Shown here piece after piece: positions 29,058 through 38,722 of a stretch of DNA of 64,000 nt; position 1 is the first letter of the stretch; each line of letters starts with the position of its first letter. A program made the translations under genes and the position numbers. Under the pieces are notes generated by a model. The model had not been told where the DNA came from and searched no databases. It worked only from the letters and a program-made list of their open reading frames with translations. Origin of the DNA: SAR202 cluster bacterium bin90 (lineage in GTDB: Bacteria > Chloroflexota > Dehalococcoidia > Lucifugimonadales > JADFKI01); contig MPND01000013.1 in NCBI GenBank assembly GCA_002238855.1, forward strand, positions 9,970 through 73,969. Direction: 5' to 3'.

Positions 29058-29624
29058 CTACACCTCGTCCAACCGGGTGCCCGTTACAATGTCCATCGGC
29101 AATTCCCTGTCCTCGAACCGCGCCAGCATAAACAGCAGGTCGGCAAGGCGGTTTACATAGCGCAGCAATTCACCGTTCGGCAAAAGGTCTTGCTGCTGCA
29201 AGCCGACTATGCTGCGTTCGGCTGCCCTCAGCGCGCTCCTCGCGAGATCCAACGCGCCCGACGCCGCGGACGCACCTGGAATGATGAATTTCGGTGGCAA
29301 TTCCACCTGTGCGCTCAACTCGTCTATGAGCGTCTCCAGCGTATCCACATTCTCGGCGGTTATCGCATGGAAGTTAGTCTTGTAATGCTCGTAGTTCTCC
29401 ACATCTGTCGCTAACTCGCCGCTAAGCGTGAACATCTCGCGCTGAACCTGCAGCAGTATCTCCTTCACACGCGTGTCCTGCGACAGCGCGCGCGCAAGCC
29501 CCATCGCGGAGGTGGCGAAATCGGCTTCGCCATAGGCAACGCAGCGCGGGTCGTTCTTCGGCACGCGCCCGCCGAACAGCAGGCCGGTCTCGCCCGCATC
29601 GCCCGATTTCGTGTATATCTTCAT
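29058..29624 (-). CDS. PduO-type ATP:cob(I)alamin adenosyltransferase
   Basis: MKIYTKSGDAGETGLLFG is the canonical PduO-type N-terminus. I place the start at ATG 29624; the track ORF is 23 codons longer. Only 5 nt separate it from hisH. Confidence 0.82.
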   Translation of the reverse strand: MKIYTKSGDAGETGLLFGGRVPKNDPRCVAYGEADFATSAMGLARALSQDTRVKEILLQVQREMFTLSGELATDVENYEHYKTNFHAITAENVDTLETLIDELSAQVELPPKFIIPGASAASGALDLARSALRAAERSIVGLQQQDLLPNGELLRYVNRLADLLFMLARFEDRELPMDIVTGTRLDEV

Positions 29625-29695
29625 CGTCATGCTCGCGTCTCCCATTCGTGAAGGCTGACACAAGCGCATTATATCAGTATTGTCTTGCGCCATAC

Positions 29696-29741
29696 ACAGA
29701 AAAGGCCGGACACCCGGCGAATGATCACCGTGTGTCCGGCC
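29696..29741 (-). terminator. intrinsic terminator after hsp20
   Basis: Minus strand: GGCCGGACAC (29732-29741) pairs with GTGTCCGGCC (29704-29713), followed by TTTTCTGTG. Confidence 0.7.
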
Positions 29742-29781
29742 CGTGCCTACCCCTGAGGGACTACCCCTGGGGAGCGAAAGG

Positions 29782-30201
29782 TTACGCTCCCTTTATTTCC
29801 AGGCGTCGCGCCTTGACGGCCTCCACCTTGGGGAAGGTCAGCGTCAGTACGCCATTCCTGTAGTCAGACTCCGCCTTGCCCACATCGAGAGTGTTCGGCA
29901 GACGCAGCGCACGGTACAACTTGCCCGCTCTGCGCTCTCTGATAATGAACGAAGCGTCACTGTCGTTTGGCGTCTCCGCATTGATAGTCAGCACGCCGTC
30001 CTCGACAGTGACATCGATGTCCTCCGGAGCCACGCCAGGAATCGTCGCCCGCAGCACAACGTCGTCGCCGTCCTGCGTTAGGTCAATCGGAATTGCCCAA
30101 CGCCGCTCGACATGCCCGTCGCCGTCGCCCTGCCAGGCTCGACTCAGCATCTCGTCCAACTTCCTGAACTCCCTGAACGGATCAATCCTCTGCATTACCA
30201 T
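29782..30201 (-). CDS. Hsp20/alpha-crystallin small heat-shock protein
   Basis: 139 aa. The C-terminal alpha-crystallin signature YRNGVLTLTFPK is present. Confidence 0.88.
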   Translation of the reverse strand: MVMQRIDPFREFRKLDEMLSRAWQGDGDGHVERRWAIPIDLTQDGDDVVLRATIPGVAPEDIDVTVEDGVLTINAETPNDSDASFIIRERRAGKLYRALRLPNTLDVGKAESDYRNGVLTLTFPKVEAVKARRLEIKGA

Positions 30202-30302
30202 AGTTACAATTCCTCCTTTTCTGACATTTCTGCCTAGTCATCCGCTAGTCGTATTAACTCATTGTTGATGATAGCCTCGCTTAGTATTCTCGCTGTGCCT
30301 CC

Positions 30303-30476
30303 CTATCCAATAAAACCGCGAACCTCACTGCGAAGCCTCCCGTTGAAGTCCTTGCGGGCTTCGTCATAGTTGGGGCAGCTTGTGCACTTCGCTGTCTGCA
30401 CATTTGCCAGGTAGGAGTCGAATCCGACCCGACGCCTGCCAAAGCTCCGTAATTTGCCTGAATATCTATCAATCAT
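30303..30476 (-). CDS. possible unannotated 57-aa protein upstream of hsp20
   Basis: My own translation: MIDRYSGKLRSFGRRRVGFDSYLANVQTAKCTSCPNYDEARKDFNGRLRSEVRGFIG. The ATG is preceded by GGAGATGAGG. Composition is genome-like. It is a different frame from the 63-aa TTG track ORF. Confidence 0.35.
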   Translation of the reverse strand: MIDRYSGKLRSFGRRRVGFDSYLANVQTAKCTSCPNYDEARKDFNGRLRSEVRGFIG

Positions 30477-30593
30477 GCCTCATCTCCTACATTCAACAGT
30501 TAGTCATATCGACTCAACTCTAGTTACTGCATCTAGTATAAGTCTTATGCTCTATCATGTCAATCGTATTATATCATTCACTTCAAGTTTCAC

Positions 30594-30621
30594 TTTACAT
30601 ATACTGCAACTATGTTAAAAT
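30594..30621 (+). promoter_or_regulatory. sigma70-type promoter of the cbpA/dnaJ-hspR operon
   Basis: TTTACA (30594-30599), 16-nt spacer, TAAAAT (30616-30621). About 40 nt upstream of ATG 30660. Confidence 0.5.
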
Positions 30622-30659
30622 ACGAGCAACGAACTCACCATTCAATGAGGGATATTTTC

Positions 30660-31586
30660 ATGGCAAGAGACTACTATGAAGTGTTGGGCGTGTCGCGCAG
30701 CGCAGACGAGAAGGAGATACGCAGCGCCTTCAGAAAGCTGGCACGTCAGTATCACCCCGACCTCAACCCGGGCGACGAAGCGGCGGAGCGCAAATTCAAG
30801 GAGATCAACGAGGCGAACGAGGTACTCTCAGACGCCGACAGACGCTCCAAGTACAACCGCTATGGCGACAACTGGATGCACGCCGACCGCCTCGACGAGC
30901 AGGCGCGAGCGGGCGCCACATTCGGCGGCGGATTTGGACGCGGCACGCGCGTGGAGTATGACTTCGGCGATTTCGGTGACCTGGACGACCTTCTACGCAG
31001 GTTCGGTGGGGCTTCAGGCTATGGGGCCGGTCCGCGCACCGGTACAAGACGGCGTAGCCGACCGGGACGCCCGAACCACCACGATGTTCCGGTAACCGTC
31101 ACACTTGAAGAGGCGTTTCGCGGCACGAAGCGTATGGTCAACGTACCGACCAAGGACGGCGGCAGTCGCCGTATCGAAGTCAGCATCCCCGCGGCTGTGG
31201 ACGACGGCTCGCGCGTGCATATATCGCTGGACGACGGCATCCAGGTGTTCCTTGTCGTAAGCGTATCGCCCCACACCCGATTTAAGCGCGACGGCGACAG
31301 TCTATATGCCGACATCGCGGTGCCATTCGAAGATGCCCTGCTTGGCGGCGAGGTCGAGTTCACATCACTGAAAGGCAGGCTCGCCCTGAAAGTCCCGCCC
31401 GGCAGTGGCGAGGGCAAGCGCATTCGCATCCAGGGACACGGCATGCCCAGACGCGAGTCCCCGTCGGCCAGCGGCGACCTGTTCCTGACGGTGAAGCCGC
31501 AGATTCCCAGCGTGCTATCGTCCGACGAGAAGCAGGCGCTCGAAGAGTTCAGACGCTTGCGGATAGCGAACGGCAAGCGCAGTTAA
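30660..31586 (+). CDS. J-domain co-chaperone without zinc-finger region (CbpA/DnaJ-like)
   Basis: [36 protein letters not shown], a J domain with the HPD motif. A G-rich linker and DnaJ C-terminal domains follow. No CxxCxGxG repeats. Confidence 0.85.
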   Translation: MARDYYEVLGVSRSADEKEIRSAFRKLARQYHPDLNPGDEAAERKFKEINEANEVLSDADRRSKYNRYGDNWMHADRLDEQARAGATFGGGFGRGTRVEYDFGDFGDLDDLLRRFGGASGYGAGPRTGTRRRSRPGRPNHHDVPVTVTLEEAFRGTKRMVNVPTKDGGSRRIEVSIPAAVDDGSRVHISLDDGIQVFLVVSVSPHTRFKRDGDSLYADIAVPFEDALLGGEVEFTSLKGRLALKVPPGSGEGKRIRIQGHGMPRRESPSASGDLFLTVKPQIPSVLSSDEKQALEEFRRLRIANGKRS

Positions 31587-31605
31587 CCGGAGAGAGGCTT
31601 TCGCC

Positions 31606-31950
31606 ATGCAGCAAAACGAACTGACACTCGGTCACGACGAACCCGTATTCATCATCAGCGTAGCGGCGAGGATGCTCGGCGTGCAGACGCAGACCCTGCG
31701 CTACTACGAGCGGTTGGGACTCATCGAACCGGCGCGAACCGGTGGCAACCAGCGCGTGTTTTCCCGAGCCGACATAGAGCGCGTGCGGCGGATCCGCGGC
31801 TTCATGGACGACCTCGGCGTCAACTTAGCCGGTGTCGAGGTCATCCTCCGACTGCTCGACAGACTCAGCGAGTCTGAGGCCGATGTGGAACGCCTGACCA
31901 GTGAAAACGCCCACCTCCGCAGCATCCTGCAGCAGCGTCGCGCTCGCTGA
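31606..31950 (+). CDS. hspR: MerR-family heat-shock regulator (HspR-like)
   Basis: 114 aa. Helix-turn-helix ISVAARMLGVQTQTLRYYERLGLIEP. Lies immediately downstream of the J-protein gene, as in described cbpA-hspR and dnaK-...-hspR operons. Confidence 0.75.
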   Translation: MQQNELTLGHDEPVFIISVAARMLGVQTQTLRYYERLGLIEPARTGGNQRVFSRADIERVRRIRGFMDDLGVNLAGVEVILRLLDRLSESEADVERLTSENAHLRSILQQRRAR

Positions 31951-31977
31951 CATCACGGCTGCGCGGTATCAACTAAG

Positions 31978-32006
31978 TTGAAGCCCCTACTGCCCAATGC
32001 TATAAT
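31978..32006 (+). promoter_or_regulatory. near-consensus sigma70 promoter upstream of moeB
   Basis: TTGAAG (31978-31983), 17-nt spacer, TATAAT (32001-32006). Confidence 0.6.
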
Positions 32007-32103
32007 TCAGCGAGCCCAGAAACATAGTCAGACACAATATCCACAATCACCCAGCGGGAGCACTATAACGCGCGATGAAAGCAATAAAGGCAAGTAATAC
32101 AGG

Positions 32104-32958
32104 ATGGAGGAACGCCCGCAGATGACGCAAACGCAAGAACGAACCCAAGTCCTTACGCCATATCAGGTGCAGCGCTACAGCAGGCACATCATCATGCCGC
32201 AGGTCGGCAGCGTCGGCCAGCGCAAGATGCTCAACTCTAAAGTCCTCATTATTGGCGCGGGTGGGCTTGGCTCTCCCATTTCCATCTATCTCACACTTGC
32301 GGGCGTCGGGACGGTCGGCATCGTCGATTTCGATACGGTCGATGTTACGAACCTCCAGCGCCAGATTCTGCACCAGAACGACGACATCGGCAGATCCAAG
32401 GCAGAGTCCGCATACGAGACCCTGAAGGCTTACAACCCTGACGTCAACGTGCAGGTCCACGAAGAGCCGATCACCTCCGAGAACGCCTTCGACATCATTC
32501 CCGAGTACGACGTCATCATTAACGGCGCGGACAACTTCCCAGCCCGTTACCTGGTAAACGACGCCGCCTACCTCAGCAACAAGCCACTCGTTGACGGCAG
32601 CATTCTGCTCTTCGACGGGCAGGCAACGACATACATACCAGGACAGGGTTGCTACCGCTGCCTCTTCCCGACGCCTCCGCCTCCGGGCGAGGTTCCGAGC
32701 TGCGCCGAGGCAGGCGTGCTTGGCATGCTCCCCGGCCTCGTCGGAAGCATCCAGGCAGCAGAAACGGCAAAGCTGATTCTCGGAGTGGGCGAGAACCTGA
32801 CCGGCAGGCTCCTCCTCATCGACGCACTGGACATGTCCTTCCGCACCGTTAAGATTCGGCGCAACCCCAATTGTCCCCTCTGCGGAGACGAGCCGACCAT
32901 CACAGACCTCATTGACTACGAAGCATTCTGCGGAGTCCCTGTCCTCACTGCCGGCTGA
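32104..32958 (+). CDS. moeB: ThiF/MoeB-family adenylyltransferase (E1-like), no rhodanese domain
   Basis: 284 aa. YSRHIIMPQVG, nucleotide loop IIGAGGLGSP, and zinc-type CxxC pairs (CYRC...CPLC). Confidence 0.85.
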   Translation: MEERPQMTQTQERTQVLTPYQVQRYSRHIIMPQVGSVGQRKMLNSKVLIIGAGGLGSPISIYLTLAGVGTVGIVDFDTVDVTNLQRQILHQNDDIGRSKAESAYETLKAYNPDVNVQVHEEPITSENAFDIIPEYDVIINGADNFPARYLVNDAAYLSNKPLVDGSILLFDGQATTYIPGQGCYRCLFPTPPPPGEVPSCAEAGVLGMLPGLVGSIQAAETAKLILGVGENLTGRLLLIDALDMSFRTVKIRRNPNCPLCGDEPTITDLIDYEAFCGVPVLTAG

Positions 32959-33161
32959 CTTCTCCGTCTCACAACCGAATAAGACAGATTTTGTAGCCTG
33001 AAATTCACTACCAGCGTACTGTTTTTCGGGCTACAATTAGTTTAAGGCTGTTGAGAAACTCATCTGGCAAACTTCAAGCACTTTAGCAATAGTGTCTCTC
33101 AGAGTAGCATTCCACATAACAAGGCGGAATCTGGATTTTGCGGGAATAAACGACTAGCTGT

Positions 33162-34253
33162 ATGAAGATTCCATCCGATTACCTCCAAGGCTACGAAAAG
33201 GCTCGCGCTGTCGATCCTGAAATGGCGGACAACTACATCGCCCATACCAACATCGGGGACCCGGTTATGGATGCGATAGTCGAAGAACTTGCATCGCTGC
33301 CTCAACCTCAGGTTCACCAGTTCATCCAGGCCGGGATGGACGAGCATCGCGAGGGTCTGCGGGACGCACCGCAATTGCTGCGGGACTTCTTCACTGACGC
33401 GCCACAGCCTGACCCGGACTGGCTTGACTTCGATGCCTTCGACCCCGGCATTCGCGCCTTTCAGAGGAACTCAGTCCAAGTCCTTTCGGCTTTCGTCGCC
33501 GGCGTGCTTCTAGACGGCTTTTCGACGCTGATAAGCAAGTCGTTCGTGCAAACCGGGCGCATTTTCGACGACGGCGTCTGGAGGCTCAAGCAAAACAACC
33601 GTCATCAGATGGAAATATTCTTCCCGGGCGGACTGAGAAGGTATGGCGACGGTTGGAAACTGTCCGTCCGCATCCGTTTCGTGCATGCTCAGGTTCGGCA
33701 TCTGCTGGGACAAACAGAAGAATGGGAACACGATGCCTGGGGCGTGCCTATCAGCGCCGCGCACTTGGGCTATGCCGTTGCCTGTTTCGCCGCGCGCACC
33801 GTCAAACACTCCGAATCTCTGGGTGCTCGTTACAGCACGGAGGAGCGGGCCAGTTTCCACGATGTCTGGCGCTACGCCGGTTATCTCATGGGCATCCCTG
33901 AAACCATCCTCTTCACCGACGAGAGCCACGCCCTCCACATATACCGGATTGGTTCTATTTGTGAGCCTCCACCTACACTGGATGCGATCATCATGACGAA
34001 TGCTCTCATCAACTCGGCCCCGCTGGTCGCGGGCATTGACGATGCGGAAGAGCGGAAGAAGCTAGTGGATAATATCATCTACCCTATTTCTCGCGCCCTC
34101 TTAGGAGACGAACTTGCGGACCAACTGAACTTTCCTGCGAACAAGCGTCGCTTCGTGTTGCTCTTATACCGACTTGACCAGCATATTCAGAAGTTGAGAG
34201 GGCGGCTGCTAAAGGAAGGGCCAAAGAGTTTTTCGACGCTGCTCGAGGCATAG
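33162..34253 (+). CDS. oxygenase MpaB / DUF2236 family protein
   Basis: 363 aa. The central block VRIRFVHAQVRHLL...WGVPISAAHLGY resembles the DUF2236 core. Confidence 0.6.
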   Translation: MKIPSDYLQGYEKARAVDPEMADNYIAHTNIGDPVMDAIVEELASLPQPQVHQFIQAGMDEHREGLRDAPQLLRDFFTDAPQPDPDWLDFDAFDPGIRAFQRNSVQVLSAFVAGVLLDGFSTLISKSFVQTGRIFDDGVWRLKQNNRHQMEIFFPGGLRRYGDGWKLSVRIRFVHAQVRHLLGQTEEWEHDAWGVPISAAHLGYAVACFAARTVKHSESLGARYSTEERASFHDVWRYAGYLMGIPETILFTDESHALHIYRIGSICEPPPTLDAIIMTNALINSAPLVAGIDDAEERKKLVDNIIYPISRALLGDELADQLNFPANKRRFVLLLYRLDQHIQKLRGRLLKEGPKSFSTLLEA

Positions 34254-34423
34254 GCATACGCCGAGTCCGGCCTCTCCTACCGCCTCCCCGACGATGCTCA
34301 CGCCGAAGAGTCTAGCCCCTACTGAGATACCACAGAACACCGCATTCTTAGCTGGCATTGAGTCGGTGCATTTCTCAATAGCGAGACAAGTAGCGGTCCT
34401 CCGTATCTACGAGACCTTCCCTA

Positions 34424-35002
34424 CTACACCTCCCGCAGGTCCAGAACCCCCGCGCTCCCCAGGGCACTGTGATCATCGTCATCAGGCCCGGTCGGCGGCC
34501 CCACGCGCCGCTTGCCGTTCCACTCCTCTATAGCGACCTCCACCAGCGCGGTGACACCAAGGTCTGCCGCAGGCGGCGTGTTGTAGTCAGTCCCTACCGT
34601 GCGTCCCGGGAAGTAGCGCTGCACCATCGCATCAAACAGGTCGAACTTCTCTCTCTCGTCAGTAACTTCACTGCCCTTCCCGAACAGCACAACGCTGCGG
34701 TAGTTCATCGAGTGGTTCATCGCCTTGCGCGAATACACCAGCCCATCCGTTAGCGTAACCGTAACGCACACCGGTTTCCCGCTCGCGAGTATCTCCATTG
34801 CACGGCTTCGTATGGAACCATGCAGATAGATCGACTCGGGCGCGTCCGCGTCGTAGTGGTACGAAAGCGGGATCACAAATGGCATTCCATCTTCGACGAA
34901 CCCCACATGTGCCACTACTCCCTGCGTCAGTATCTCTGCCGCCTGCTCCGGTACGGCGCGCTCCGGGTGATTGCGTATTCTCGTGCGCTCAGTCTGCTGC
35001 AC
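34424..35002 (-). CDS. pyridoxamine 5'-phosphate oxidase-family (FMN-binding split barrel) protein
   Basis: 192 aa. RIRNHPERA...GVVAHVGFVEDGMPFVIPLSYHYD is the pattern of NimA/PNPOx-like proteins. Confidence 0.65.
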   Translation of the reverse strand: MQQTERTRIRNHPERAVPEQAAEILTQGVVAHVGFVEDGMPFVIPLSYHYDADAPESIYLHGSIRSRAMEILASGKPVCVTVTLTDGLVYSRKAMNHSMNYRSVVLFGKGSEVTDEREKFDLFDAMVQRYFPGRTVGTDYNTPPAADLGVTALVEVAIEEWNGKRRVGPPTGPDDDDHSALGSAGVLDLREV

Positions 35003-35119
35003 TGCACCCCTCCAGAAACAGCGAAGCCCCGACGATATGCCAGGGCCTCACTCCAATTTCAATCTTCAGCTTCCAGCATGTGCCGGAATCGGTCGGCCGT
35101 TTCGACCACCGAACTCCAC

Positions 35120-36193
35120 TTATGCCACAGGCTGTTTCACGGCATCCGCCAGATTCTCATAGGCATCGCGGAGAAGCTCCTCGGTCTCGTCCCAGCCAAT
35201 GCACGCATCCGTCACTGACACGCCATACTCCAGTTCCTCCAGCGAACCATTTAGGCTCTGGCTGCCCGGGTTCAGATTGCTCTCCAACATGCAGCCAATG
35301 ATGTCTGCATTACCAGACACGCGCTGCTCGATAACGGACTCAAGCGCGATGTTCTGCCTCGTATGGTCCTTGTTCGAGTTGCCGTGACTGCAGTCCACAA
35401 GCAGTTGGGAGGGAACGCCAGCTCCACTTAGCTGTTCCTGCGCTTCCCCAACGGCCTCAGGGCTGAAGTTCGGGCCGCTCTTGCCACCACGCAATACCAG
35501 GTGACCGTAAGGATTGCCGTTAGTGTGCACTACGCACGTCTGTCCGAAATGGTCTATGCCTAGAAATGCATGCGGAGACCGCGCCGAAATCATCGCGTCA
35601 ACCGCAATCTGCGCATCGCCATCAGTCCCGTTCTTGAAACCGACGGGCATGCTGAGTCCGCTCGCCATCTGCCGGTGCGTCTGGCTCTCCGTAGTTCGCG
35701 CGCCAATTGCCGCCCACGAAATCAAACCGTCAAGGTACTGCGGCACGATGGGATCCAGGAACTCGGTGGCAGTGTACATGCCCATCTCGCCAATCCTTAT
35801 CAGCAGCCTCCTGGCGCGGCGCAGGCCCTCTCCTATATCGAAAGTGTCGTCCAGGTTGGGATCATAGATCATACCCTTCCAGCCGACGGTTGTTCGCGGC
35901 TTCTCGAAGTACACGCGCATCACGATGAGCATGCGGTCGGCAAGCTCTTCCTGAAGCACTTTCAGCCTCTCAGCATATTCGATGCCCGCAGCTTCGTCAT
36001 GTACTGAGCAGGGCCCCGTTATGACCAGGAAGCGCGAATCCTCGCCTCGCAGTATCGCCTGGATCTGTCGCCTGCCCTCGATTACCACATCCTCGACATC
36101 TGGAGTCAGCGGAAGTTCTTCGACTAAGCCCACAGGGCTAATAAGAGGTTCTATACTTGCCACGTTTACGTCCCTCGCTGGTGATGGTTGCAT
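35120..36193 (-). CDS. 3-deoxy-7-phosphoheptulonate (DAHP) synthase, class I
   Basis: 357 aa. FLVITGPCSVHD, KPRTTVGWKG and CSHGNS motifs of AroF/G/H-type enzymes. Confidence 0.9.
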   Translation of the reverse strand: MQPSPARDVNVASIEPLISPVGLVEELPLTPDVEDVVIEGRRQIQAILRGEDSRFLVITGPCSVHDEAAGIEYAERLKVLQEELADRMLIVMRVYFEKPRTTVGWKGMIYDPNLDDTFDIGEGLRRARRLLIRIGEMGMYTATEFLDPIVPQYLDGLISWAAIGARTTESQTHRQMASGLSMPVGFKNGTDGDAQIAVDAMISARSPHAFLGIDHFGQTCVVHTNGNPYGHLVLRGGKSGPNFSPEAVGEAQEQLSGAGVPSQLLVDCSHGNSNKDHTRQNIALESVIEQRVSGNADIIGCMLESNLNPGSQSLNGSLEELEYGVSVTDACIGWDETEELLRDAYENLADAVKQPVA

Positions 36194-36307
36194 TTTGGTC
36201 GCCTCTCCTTCAATTCTTCGACGCTTGATTTTAACTAAACCTATCTCGCCAATACTCTGAATTCATGAATCTCTGCGCCTCTGCCTTTACTAGGCAATTC
36301 GCTCTTG

Positions 36308-36340
36308 CAAACAAAAACCCCAGTCCTTCATCGGCTGGGG
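36308..36340 (-). terminator. intrinsic terminator about 200 nt downstream of the LLM gene
   Basis: Minus strand: CCCCAG (36335-36340) pairs with CTGGGG (36318-36323), followed by TTTTTGTTTG. Confidence 0.6.
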
Positions 36341-36543
36341 TTCGAGTGTGTTTGGAGTTCTTACGCTCTGCGTCAGATTTCAACTAGGACGCGTCACCTC
36401 TGCCGACTTTGTTTGTATCGGTAAAGTAATAATAAGCGTAAAACCAAAGGGAACTTGCACTTGTCATGATTTTCTGAGTATCACATACCAGAAATAACGG
36501 TGTCAATAGTTTACATATTAAATTCGCCATCGTTAACAGAACC

Positions 36544-37479
36544 TTAATCGAATGCCGCTATAACGTGCTCCTCGAACCGCTGAAACTCCTCCGGCTCGTT
36601 CGGTAGTCGCCCGAACATCACCTCATCCACACCAGCATCCACCAGTTCGCCCACACGCTCGTTGATGTATTCTGCGCTCCCCGCAACTGTGCCCGGCCCT
36701 ATCGCTTCGATGAACGCGTCCGCATCTGCCTTGTTATCCGTCAGCATAGTAGGAACTAGCGCAGTCAGCCGAATCTCCGAGGGATCGCGTCCCACAGCCT
36801 CGCAGTGCCGGTGCAGCACACCAACCTTGTGATTGAACAAGTCCAGTGACATCCCGCCGGATCGTCTCGCGGCAAAGCCGTCGAGGTTGAACACATCGCC
36901 GTACTTCGCGAGCGTGCGTAGCGTTCGCCTCTCGCCGGTCCCGCCCACCAGAATCGGTATGTGCGGCTCCTGATAAGATCCGGGCGACAGCACCGCATTA
37001 TCGAGTTGGTAGTAACGCCCACTGAAGTTCACAGGTTCATCGGATGTGAAAAGCGCCCGCAACAACGCACAGGCTTCCTCCAGCCTGTCAGACCGCTCCC
37101 GCAGTGACGGATACTCCCAGCCATAAGCCCTGTGCTCCCGCTCGAACCACCCTGCGCCGATGCTCAGAGTAAACCGACCGTGCGAGATGTGGTCGATACT
37201 GCCGGCCATTTTCGCCACAAGCCCCGGATTGCGGTAGGTGTTCCCCAGAACCAGATGCCCAAGTCGTAGTCGGTCTGTGATTGCCGCGACCGCCGCCATC
37301 GTCGAGTAGCCCTCGAATGCTGTTTCGGATTCGCTTGCGCCTGGCCTGTTCGGCGGCACGAAATGGTCCGCATGGTAAACGCTGTACCACCGCCCCGCCT
37401 CCATCGTCTCGACCACTGCGCGAATGTCATCCCACGTTGTCAGGTAGCAACTCACCTGAGCCCCAAACTTAGTCATCAA
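36544..37479 (-). CDS. luciferase-like monooxygenase (LLM) family oxidoreductase, probably F420- or FMN-dependent
   Basis: 311 aa. HADHFVP...LGHLVLGNTYRNPGLVAKM...FTLSIGAGW is typical of LLM-class proteins. The cofactor cannot be told from the sequence alone. Confidence 0.75.
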   Translation of the reverse strand: MMTKFGAQVSCYLTTWDDIRAVVETMEAGRWYSVYHADHFVPPNRPGASESETAFEGYSTMAAVAAITDRLRLGHLVLGNTYRNPGLVAKMAGSIDHISHGRFTLSIGAGWFEREHRAYGWEYPSLRERSDRLEEACALLRALFTSDEPVNFSGRYYQLDNAVLSPGSYQEPHIPILVGGTGERRTLRTLAKYGDVFNLDGFAARRSGGMSLDLFNHKVGVLHRHCEAVGRDPSEIRLTALVPTMLTDNKADADAFIEAIGPGTVAGSAEYINERVGELVDAGVDEVMFGRLPNEPEEFQRFEEHVIAAFD

Positions 37480-37527
37480 CTACTCCAATTCCCGTATCCC
37501 ATTGACCCAGTCAGTTCCGTCCAGTCT

Positions 37528-38670
37528 TTATTCGACAATACGGCCCTTCAGCACATCCTCATCGAGCTCGATACCCAGCCCCGGTCCCGTCGGCGGAATG
37601 ATCGCCCCATTCTCGAACACTATTGGCTCTTTGAATATAATCTTGTGCAAGGGTCCCTGGTTCGCCTCCTGTATCAGGAAGTTCGGCGAGCAGGTGTCAA
37701 TCTGCACAGCTGCTGCTGCTGCGATCGGCCCGCAGTACATATGCGGCGCAATCATCGCATAGTGCGCCTCCGCAATTGCCGCTATCTTCTTCGCCTCCAA
37801 TATCCCTCCGCACTGTCCGACATCAAGCTGAATGATCTGCGCAGCCTTCTTCTCGATAAGCTGCGAAAACTCGTACTTCGTGACCAGCCGCTCCCCGCTC
37901 GCGATGGGAATGCTCGTATGCGCAGCCACGCGCGCCATCTCGTCCATATTCTCAGGCGGCACCGGCTCCTCGAACCAGAACGGATGGTATGGCTCCAAAA
38001 TATGAGCAACACGAATCGCGCTGTAGGTGGTCAACTGCCCGTGCGTACCGATTCCCACCTCCAGCTTGTTGCCCACCGCCTTGCGGATGCTCTCGAATAT
38101 CTTGACGGCGTGCTCGATCTCAGGCAGTGAGATGTCGCGCGGTATGGGATATGTCGGCATGAACGGGTCGATCTTACAAGCCGAGTTGCCCTCTTCCAGC
38201 AACTGCGCCGCAACTTCGCCCGCAGCCTCCGGGTTATCCTTGAACGACCCGCCCGGCATATAAGCGTAAGCGCGCAGCGTTTCGTGGTATTTGCCCCCAA
38301 GCAGGTTGTAGATTGGCTGTCCCGCCGCCTTCCCCGCAATGTCCCAAAGCGCCATGTCTATCGCGCTCAGCACCGGCGTCGCGTGAAGGCTCGGATGGCG
38401 ATAGTCGTGCCGCGAGGCGTACATCCTGTCCCAGATTTTCTCGATATTGAACGGATTCTCGCCGACGACATACTGCCGCACCATCTCTTCAATGAGACTT
38501 ATCTGCGACTTCAGGTCGCCCAGCCTGTGCGAGTAAGTGCTGCCGGTTATGCGCTCACCCAGCCCCTTAATCCCCTCATCCGTCTGCAACTCCAGCCACA
38601 GTAAGTACCGCCCGCCAATATACGGCGGCTCATTCTCAACGACCATCGTCCGGAAGTCTGTTACTTTCAA
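37528..38670 (-). CDS. enolase-superfamily protein (mandelate racemase/muconate lactonizing, acid-sugar-dehydratase-like), paralog 1
   Basis: 380 aa. MKVTDFRTMVV...LELQTDEGIKGLGE. Paralogous to 54981-56198 and 56989-58152. Confidence 0.8.
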   Translation of the reverse strand: MKVTDFRTMVVENEPPYIGGRYLLWLELQTDEGIKGLGERITGSTYSHRLGDLKSQISLIEEMVRQYVVGENPFNIEKIWDRMYASRHDYRHPSLHATPVLSAIDMALWDIAGKAAGQPIYNLLGGKYHETLRAYAYMPGGSFKDNPEAAGEVAAQLLEEGNSACKIDPFMPTYPIPRDISLPEIEHAVKIFESIRKAVGNKLEVGIGTHGQLTTYSAIRVAHILEPYHPFWFEEPVPPENMDEMARVAAHTSIPIASGERLVTKYEFSQLIEKKAAQIIQLDVGQCGGILEAKKIAAIAEAHYAMIAPHMYCGPIAAAAAVQIDTCSPNFLIQEANQGPLHKIIFKEPIVFENGAIIPPTGPGLGIELDEDVLKGRIVE

Positions 38671-38722
38671 TGTAAGCTCCCAACTATATTGGTTTCTTCT
38701 ATTCTGAGTCTTGTCTCAGTAG

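Noticed and set aside
30281-30472. 63-aa TTG-initiated track ORF
   Set aside because: It is A/R/S/T-rich with an off-frame look and has no RBS. The overlapping 57-codon ATG frame (30303-30476) with a GGAG-type RBS is the better candidate.
32991-33036. Terminator after moeB (TTGTAGCCTGAAA...TTTCGGGCTACAA)
   Set aside because: The stem is real (13 bp with one mismatch), but the loop is about 20 nt and the downstream T-tract is poor (TTAGTTTAAGG). It is not strong enough to list as a feature.
36330-36352. tRNA-like T-loop (GGTTCGAGT)
   Set aside because: No complementary T-stem, acceptor or anticodon arms can be drawn. The sequence is the 3' arm and flank of a terminator hairpin.
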